A stretch of 64,000 nt of DNA from Lingula anatina (Eukaryota; Animalia; Brachiopoda), in assembly GCA_051362555.1 (NCBI GenBank), contig CM120642.1:1054001-1118000 (forward strand). The letters are read 5' to 3'. Below are positions 25,501 through 35,300 of this stretch, in pieces. The translations under genes were made by a program, and so were the position numbers. The notes beneath the pieces are model-generated. The model saw only the letters and a list, made by a program, of their open reading frames with translations. It ran no database searches and had not been told where the DNA came from. Positions within the stretch are counted from its first letter, which is position 1. Each line of letters begins with the position of its first letter.

Positions 25501-28500
25501 GAACATAGTGAATGATTGAATCTCACAAACTGCAATGATATGAGTTTATTTCCATTTTTGACACTTTAGTACACAATACACGATAACAAGTTTACCATCA
25601 TTTTTACATAATCAACTAATAATGTTGTAAAGATGCAGGAAATGTCAACCAAAAACTTTTACGTATCTTATTAGTTAAATAATGAGACTATTAACATGCC
25701 TAAGAATTGAATCTGAGGAAATGTGAAAAATATGCTGAAAAGTGAAAAAACAGCATAACTTCTACAATAATGGCCCGATCATGCTGATTTTCGAACTTGA
25801 CCTGCGTTTTATGAATATTCATCAGCTCTGTAAATATAAAGCCAAAAAGTAAAACTGCCTTCCACTTATCGTGTTTACAAGTAAAGTGCACGGCGACGGC
25901 ATCGGCATCGGCATCGGCATCGCCATCGGCATCGGCATCGGCGACGACAGACGCAGGTGATGGCAATATGTACAGACACATCTGTGTCTGTACATAAAAA
26001 GCAAGAAGATACCAACGGTTAATCCTACTAAGATAACAAGTTTGCTGGCTTTATCACAGAACTTTCAAAATATAAATTGCTGATTTGAAAAAAATCACTG
26101 ATGTGTAGATATAACCTTCAGTAAATATATAATTTTATACATTAAACTACCCACAAAAACAATGGAATAAAGTACTGCCGACACTGCCAGTCTTACATGT
26201 CAAGACTAAAAATATTTTCATGGACTGGTGAAAGATTGAGTTCAGTTGGTCTAGGGGATTGTCAACAATCTAAAGAGCTACCATTTGCAATTTAAAGCCA
26301 GTGTAGCAAAAAGTCTTAAAGTCCAACAATTTTTTTAATATATGAAGCCAAATGTCTGTCTGTTCAAAAATTTTTTTAAAAGTCTGAGAAGAAAGATTTT
26401 CATCAGTCTGACACACTGCAACATTTGATGCAACAGGGCAGTTATAATGTCACATCTAACACAATGAAGCAGTTATAATGTCACAACTAACACAATGTAA
26501 CAGTTATAATGTCACATCAAATGCAATGTAACAGTTATAAAGCCACATCTAATGCAATGTAGCAGGTATAAAGCCACATCTAATATAATGACATACAGTA
26601 ATTAGGAACGACTTCCGCAGGGGCCCTCGCTAAATGCAATCAGCTTTATTTAATGACAAGTCTCCTTTTGTTTGCTACCTAAACCAGGGACATGCTGTTA
26701 TCAAGAAAGGTTACAGATAATAGCCCAAAACTCAGAGTGACCAAGATGTCATGTTATAAATAAGGTACACTGTTATATCTCAGCCACAGTCACTGGAGAT
26801 TTCTTTTTTTATTCTGAACAAATTATTGCCTCTGTAAAGTATCTAAGATAAATTGAAAATAATTTTTAACACATTTTTAACACTATAAATTGTCTGTTGC
26901 ACTTGCAGAAAAACTTCCAATGCTAATTTAAACAAGGAGTTTGATATTGACTGATTTATCTCTCAATGGTTGATTCTGAATATGAAACAGGGCTGGTTAA
27001 TATTTTACTTTACTGACACTTACACAATTGTTTTCTTCAAGATTCTGGTCCTCAGGGGAGGTGTTGTTATTCAACTGTTTTTCTGAGTTGCTGAAATGAA
27101 GAGGCAAAAATCAGACTAAATTCAATAAAAAAAGAAAAATCATTCAATTTTTAATTTTTTTGTTTTTTTTTTTTGTTTTTACTGATTTTTTAACTCAAAA
27201 CCAAATAATGCAAATCTAATACTAAAAGTTTTTTTTAATGGAAATTAAGATAAAAAGATTATGAGAAAGAAAAAGAAAGGGAAAGAAAAAGAGATGCCAA
27301 ACAAAGCCACTTTTCACTGCCAACCAACCAACCACGCCCCCTCACAGTTCAGCCTGTTCAAAGTTAACATGATATCGATTTCAGGAGCTGCCTACAGCTT
27401 TAGATTAAGCATAGTCAAACCACTTCTAGACCCTCAATCTTATTTCTCCCAATTACGGTAAGCTAATCATTGACTAAGCCAACAACAATAGGGCTCCTTA
27501 TCTCATAGAGCCATTATTAAGAGATCTTATTAAAGGTAAAGTCCACCTGTGTTATGTGCCAGTTCTTTGTTCTGCCACCAAGAAGATTACCCAGACTTAT
27601 ACCAATGAAGTTTTCTTAAGACAGGTGGCCTACTATGGTTGGAAAAAATGAACTTTTTTCTTAATATCTATTTTTTCTTTTTTTTCCCTAACTTATTTTT
27701 TTTATTTCTTTGCAAATGTATCACCAAGCTGAAAGTTAAAAGCTGTTCACTTCAGTTATACTGACTGAACCTACTACAACTCAAATATGCATTTATTGAT
27801 TAATTCAGGCACATATTAATAAATAAAATTTTCATTAATTGAAACCAAATTTCTTGTCAGATTGGGCACTTGTCATATGTCAGCTACAACTCAAAGGGAT
27901 TGAATCAATTCCAGCACAGAAGAAAGACTTCTGAATCAATAACTTAGCAAGCACTACCTTATCTCTCTAACGTATTAAAAATATATTTTTTTGTGGTTCC
28001 AATCTAATAAAGGATTTAATTCTTTGTATCATAATATGCAGTCACATGAAGTCATATAGTGTTTATTATTACAACTACATGGTATAAACCACCTTTTGTG
28101 ATCGTCACATACTATAATATAAGGATAAGAAAGACATCTTATGTTATTGGTAAAGGAGGAAGTGGGCGTCGTCCCAGCTTCAGCCGAGTGATCAATAGCA
28201 GTGTCTATTCCAGGATAGCTCTGTTGTGTTGCTGCTATCTCTTGTTACTGGTTTCAAACCCTTTATCTCAAGTTCTTTTTTTTTTCTCCTTTTTGACATG
28301 CTCCTTTTTATCTATTGACACAAAAAATTAATCCGACATTTATCTGGTAGAAATATCTCGCAATCTTGACAGAAATACTGCGACACAATAACTGGGAGAT
28401 AGGAATCTATGACTGGGGAAACTAATTGACCATTTTGTCAGAAATGAAATATTAATCTTTTCTATCAAGAAAGTCTCAAATTATTCCCAATCTCCTTTGA

Positions 28501-29251
28501 AACATGAAGCAATACTGAAGACAAAAAAGGATAATCCTCAGCACTCAAAACTTCCAATCAAGTAAACTGCTATTGGATTTAATTTCTCCTCTGCCAATAT
28601 TCCCATATTCTACAGCTTGTTTTCCACTTATTTATAAAAATAAAACTTCTTGAAAATATTTTTATATTTTCTTTACTCTGAAAGTGTACACTTTTATCTC
28701 AGTTCAATTTGAATATTTCTTCCAACAAATGTTTTTCAATGTTGTAAATGCTTGCATTTCCTTGAGGCATTATTATCCTTCATAAAAATAAAACATCCAT
28801 TAATCTGATACAAAATATGTGACCACTAAAAGATGACGACAGGCCGACAAATCTTCAACAATCATTAACTACCTGTTTAATACAGTGAAATGTGTCCCGG
28901 ACTGATAAGGCATTGAAAACTGTTCAGGTAATAAGACCTGCTGCTGCGTTAGCATGCCTGTTGATAAGTGCAATGAATTTTTTTTTCTTTTTTTTTTTTT
29001 GTGAATCTGTTTCACTTTTCGTTCTTTTCATTGCCATATGAAGTGGGTTTCTTTAGCCACAATATAGCAACTTACACAAGGGTTTGGACTCCCTGAGAAA
29101 CACACACATAAACAAATAGACATGCACACACACACATATACACACAAACATGCATACATACACACAAACCTGCACAAGGCATGCATGTCCACTCATACAC
29201 ATGTGCAAAGCATGAACCCTGACACACACAACCACACACATGTAAGCATGC

Positions 29252-29312
<61 letters not shown>

Positions 29313-32303
29313 CTCTTCTTCCTAATAACTTTTTGACCTTTCTCTCCATTAGCTCTGAGACTTCTAACAACACCATATCAGCTCCCTAAGATCAGACAAT
29401 AGCACATCTAGCTTACCTTTATTCTTTGCCTTAAAACAATTCCACCTTTGACTCCTGTGTCACAAATGACAGATATAAAGCATATTTTACTTGTATGTTC
29501 AGAACAAGGAGGTGGGTTCACATCAGTAATCCATATATACTGTAGGTGTTCTAAGGGATGCCACTCTAAGGGTGTGATCCCAGTGAAACCATCGCACTAG
29601 TTACATGGATCCAACATAGCAGGGACTCTCGCTGATTGCAATCAGCTTAACTGAATGATGACATGCTTCCTCCTAGCTCTAAGTAGAATACAGAAAAGCT
29701 GGTGACTTTACTAATATTATATGCTACATTGGAAGCAAAAGGGGTGTGTCATTCAGTTAAGCTGATTGCACTTAGCAAGAGTCACTGTAGAATAGGGTCC
29801 ATGGGGTGAAAGTGTCCCAGTACATATTACAACACCAAAGTTTACAGCACACTGTGAGAAATTCCCAAGTCTGAGGACAATTTTTTTCATCATGATTCAA
29901 AAAAGTCCTTGATGAGTTGTAGTTTTTGTAATGGATTAATTCATCCTGATACAGCATTCAGACACTTCTCAAAGTAAAACAATACTGCAGTTTATATACT
30001 CATATACTTATAAGAAAGTCATAATGTTTTGGAGGTCTGTGATACATCATTCCTTGGCAGTTTGCTGTAAATATATAGATGTATCTTCGTCTGTCACTAG
30101 AATTTTCCTTAAGAAATTGTGCCCTTCTAGATAACATTAAATAGTGGAATACTGCCAAACACTGCCAAAAAATTTTAAGTCATCAGAAAACAAAAAAGGT
30201 GGTCTCACTTGTCCTGTTTAGTTTTAAAACATCACATTTAAACGAAGACATAACTCATTTTTTTCTCAACTTTCTCCAATTTATCACCACTACAAAACTG
30301 AAAATCCAAAACAAGCATTTCAACCAACACCCTATTCTAAATATAGCTCCTTCTTGTAGTATATATATGTTTTGCCCAGTACAAAACATTTTATTCAAAG
30401 GCACACCTGTATTTTCAGTTTCACTCGTTGACGATGAATTTACGTTAATTACCCATTCATCACTCGTTGCTGAATACAGGTACAGCCCTGTGTAGCCCTG
30501 TGCATGGGACAACAAACACGAGGAAAAACGGGATTACTTACATTTATTTTAAAAGCTAAAATATCAAGGCAATAGCAGTGGCTTACTAGTAACTTAACTT
30601 ACCCCCACCCCCACCCCCACCCACTACCCCACCCCTCCCCACCCCTCAACCCACCTTCTTCTGGAGATGTCTTTTTAAATTAAGTAAAAGGAATGTGTAT
30701 TTATGATCCTACCTTTCTGTGACCAATGTCTGACTGGGAACATTGTTCTTTTCTCTTTTTTTTTAGGATAAAAAGTAAAACTGATGTATTCTTGTGAAGT
30801 TTCCATATGAAACACAAAATGGATTCTCACTTGAAACTAAGTGAAACTAAAACTAAGGGCCGTCTCCTTTGTTTTGATTTTTCTAAAAATGAAAACCACA
30901 TCTTCTGATTTAAAATGTTCACCATACTGGGGATGAATTAATGGATAAGGTCTAGGTGAAAATAAGATTAGGAGTAAAAAGTATTAATACAAGAATGGAC
31001 AGAGGTTTCCTTCATAAATTTTTAATCTGCAAGATGGTCTTCCATTATCAATGACAGCTAAATTATGAAGCCCTATACAACAGCCTAATCTAATAATACG
31101 CAATCATAAACTATTGACATGGGGGGGGGGGGGGGTATGGGGGATACTACTAAGTGCCCCATAATTACAGGGCTTTAGTGTTAATTTTTAACATTATGAT
31201 TTTAACTGAATATTAAATTACAATTTATTGGTTTGGTTTCTATTGAAAGGTTTGCTTCACTGAACAGTTCAAAGACTGTCAAGACTTAAAATATACAAAG
31301 CATTTAGTGTGCTAAAAATAAGGTTTTGACAAGGGAAGAATAACACCTACAATAACTACAGTTTATTTGATTTTTATTTTTAAATTAACCCTGTTAGCGT
31401 TTTGTAAATATCAAAAACTAAGGAACGATAATTAGGAACAAATATCCCTTTAACCTGATCTTCAACACTGTTGTAAATCTTATAAACTCTAAGAGATTAT
31501 TGGATAATATTTCTAAAAGAGAATATTGGATAAAATATAAGATAATTTTTTAAAAGAGATTATTGAAAACTCATCACTGTTATTAGGTCTCTGTTGTTTC
31601 GAGTCATTGATAAAGTAGAGGACAGCTTTCAGTAATCTCTGAAACAGAACATATAGGAAACATTGCATTTAATTCCCCTGAGTTAAACCTGAGCAAACAG
31701 GGACCACACCCTTATCTGATAGAGGGCACTGTTCACACCACCAAGACAGTCCAACAGACCTCATGTATACCATCTCTAATCCACAGCCTCATGGCAATGA
31801 ATGACAGCTTAACTGTTGTATTTCATAAATGTGTTACACAGTGCAAACGGCTTTCCAGATTTAGCCAGGCTACACCCACTTAGACTACTTTATTTCAGTC
31901 TACACAGGCACTGTTAACAGTTTGTCTGTTGAAATTTGAATACATAAGATTTAATTTTGGAAAATTAAAATTTGATGTATATATGTTCTGGTTTGTACGC
32001 ATGCAAACATACACACTATTTTCTATCCTTGGTGTGATGCATGGCAGTTCCATAAACACACGCACACGCACATGCACAGGCATACACACACACACACACA
32101 CACGTCTTAATTTTCATCCTTGGACTAATATACGGTGGTTTAATAAGAGCTACAGCATTCCATGGATATCACCTTAGCAGCTGGCTGCCACGCCCCTCAC
32201 CAGTTGACCAGGGCATTAACTTGGCTTTATACAATGAGGGTTATATATCAACACCAAGCCTTGCATTCTGTGTTGAATTATCCATTATCCTTTCCGTATG
32301 TTG

Positions 32304-32377
<74 letters not shown>

Positions 32378-35300
32378 CCACTTAAATTACAAATATAGAA
32401 GAATCCACTGGTAGCGCTCACATACCTACATCAATAAAGCCATAAATTAGAAGTCTACTCTGCCACACCCCATGGTGTATCAAAACATCTTAGGTTTAAA
32501 TTGAGCCTTACAAAAGCCATGTTTCCACACCACTTAGGTTGACCTAACTCAGGAACACATATCTCAGTAGGCAAACTGTTGGCATACAGATCACAAACAA
32601 ACACAATGCAATTTCTATCTGCAGTGGTGGTAGGTAAACCTAATCATAATTAGACATATAACAGTTTAACATTAATAGGTGGCAGCATGTGGGACAACAG
32701 AGTGATAAGTCCTATGGTGATCTAATCATAATTGGACATATTACACAGTTTAACATTATGATGGCTGTAGGTGTGACAACAAAGTGATTAGAATGGTTTC
32801 ATTTGATGAACTTATCACATTCAAATGACCTGATTTATTGGGTCACTCAAAGTCAGGTGGCCTTAGGTGGACTTGGAACACGCCTCAAGTCATACAGTTT
32901 TGGAGTCCCAGGGCCCACTATACCGAGCAACAGTCAGGGACCTGAAAAGGGCAGTTAGTAAAAATCTAAATCAGGTTTCACTATGATAAAAATAGCTCCA
33001 AAATGCTACACAAGAGGGACTTTGTGCATGCTGATAGTGCAGTTTCTGCATTGGCATGCAAGGCCTTTTTCAGCAGTTTCTGCACCATGTAAGACGTGGC
33101 ATGAAATTCTGAACTAAGGCTGCCTAGCCTATAACTTCTCCATAACAACTACTTATCAATTTTTGATTTATTAAGCACGGCCAGTAAATAAAATATTTAA
33201 CTTCTGATACTGATCAGCATACCAAACTGATAAGACACAAGCATGCATTACCTGCACTAAGACATAATGTGCCACGCCCTTATATAATTTTTTTTTTTTC
33301 TTTTTTGGTCTCTACGAGGTCTGTTGCTCTAGTGAGAATAAAAGTGGTCAGATGTATTGTAACCATGTGTAAGTGTTGAGGGGATGTTAGGGTGGGTCTG
33401 TTAAAGGCTTTCAACTTATTGATTCCTGTGTTTTAAATTTTTTTTTCGTTTTAATAAAATATTTGAACAAAATATATACCTACATATGTTGAAAAGTATG
33501 TTGATGTTGACCCAACTTTTTAATCATTTCTCCATGTCTCCAGCACAGCAACCCTACATTTAACAGGAGCACATACATGTGATAAATAGTAAATTCTATT
33601 CATCACTCCTATCTTTTCAATAAATAAAAAGTAGGATGTATGTTATCCAAGGCTAAGCTAGGCTAGATAACCACAAATGTATCCAAGCTACCATATTATA
33701 TAGCATATATATAAATTATATTACACACACACACACCTATACTCAAGGACCTATATTTACACAGGCAAGGTGGATACATATAGATAGCAGTTCTATATAT
33801 GCTGTATGCCACACCTTGTCATATAGAGTTTGTATCTTCCATCTTGAACTCTAGTGGATCTGTGGATTTGGATGAAAATTATAGCAGGCCTAAATCTTTC
33901 TTCGAATATTAAATGCCACTTCTCATCAGGGAGGGGGTGGGGGTGACAGTTCAGGCTAACTATTTATTGGAATCTTATTTTTTGATTTATTCCAAGTATC
34001 ATCAACAATCTTTGTAATACATATAACTAAAATAATTTTATTAGAGAAATACTTGTATTGATCTTTTAAAAGACACATGATGTTTGATATGGGTAGACTA
34101 AGATAGCAAAATTCAGGTTTGAATGTTCTCACGTTTGTATTTTATCTACTCAATGTTACTAGTATATATCTTTGGTCATATTTGCATTAGTGTTTGTACA
34201 GTTTCATGTAATTTTACTGGGTACACTTTATCTCCACAAACCCACTGATAAAGATGCATGTTACGGTGGAAATGCATGTGCACGTTCACACACACACACA
34301 AACAAACATACATGTGCACATATTTAAACACGTGCTCACACACGTACACACACACACATCCACACTCAAACACCCACATCCAACAAGGCAAGCTGTGATG
34401 TCCCAAAGTGAGTTCTCTCTATTGATTCCCTGACATGGTTTATTAGTCCCCATGACCGGTTTATTGGCAAGATAAGACTCACTGGTCGCACAGTCGATAT
34501 GTCTAGGACAACTACCCCAGCGATGACCTAGTTACTCCACAGGGGATCAGATGGATTTCAAACTTGACCCAACCCTTGAAAAGTGATACTGTACATGTAC
34601 ACAGTTAATACTGTTCCCATTCAGCCACTATATCCAATGGAATGGTTCGAAGTTAGTATCATTCCTAACCTCTCCATATATACGATACTGGAATAGCCAA
34701 ATTATGTTGGAAGTCCTGGCGTTTTTTCTTACATACAAGTCAGGCAATGTTATCAAACAAACAATCTCCCAATAACTGACATCACTCATATTCTAGCATG
34801 TTTATGTGCATATGCATATGTATGTGTGTGTATGTTTGTGTGTTTATGTGTCTGTGTAGATATGTAGAAATTTAACTCTCTCCCCCCCCCCCCCCTCCAT
34901 ACCTTTGTTGTATATTTTCTTTCCAATATTTTTTACTACACCAAAAGATGGATAAGGGAAAGAGTTCTTGTAACTACTTTCTTTTATAGGATAAAACTAC
35001 GGGTATGTGCTTCCTACTCAAACACTAAAATTCATCAATTAAAGAATAATTGTGTATAATAATAAGATATCTTGTTAGGAAAAACCATTTCCCTATTCTT
35101 AATTTACACCGTCTCCCTGTAAATAAGAGTGGCTCTTCGCAAATCTTCAACAAAATTATTTGCAACTGGCATTCCATAATTACCAATTTTATTCATTTCT
35201 GAATACGATCCAACCTTACTGCTGGTTGCCGTGGCAACTCCCTATCACCACAAGAAATAGAGTAATAATCAAACAGTGCAAACTGGCTTTTCCTGTTGTA

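Noticed and set aside
26439-26593. CRISPR-like periodic array
   Set aside because: Units are contiguous with no unique spacers, in a eukaryotic intron, and there are no cas genes; it is a minisatellite.
29053-29376. Cys/Val or His/Thr-rich ORFs here and at 11282, 13212, 25700, 32162, 34176 and 50740
   Set aside because: Translations of CA, CT and GCCGAT microsatellites.
29417-29539. Open 123-nt AG-GT segment ([11 protein letters not shown]...) in the unknown gene's intron
   Set aside because: Weak acceptor and phase 0-0 between phase-2 neighbours; no supporting composition signal.
30458-30470. Antizyme-like +1 frameshift at GAG-TGA-T
   Set aside because: The +1 frame stops within the next exon (GTT GAA TAA), there is no TCC-TGA site and the protein does not resemble antizyme.
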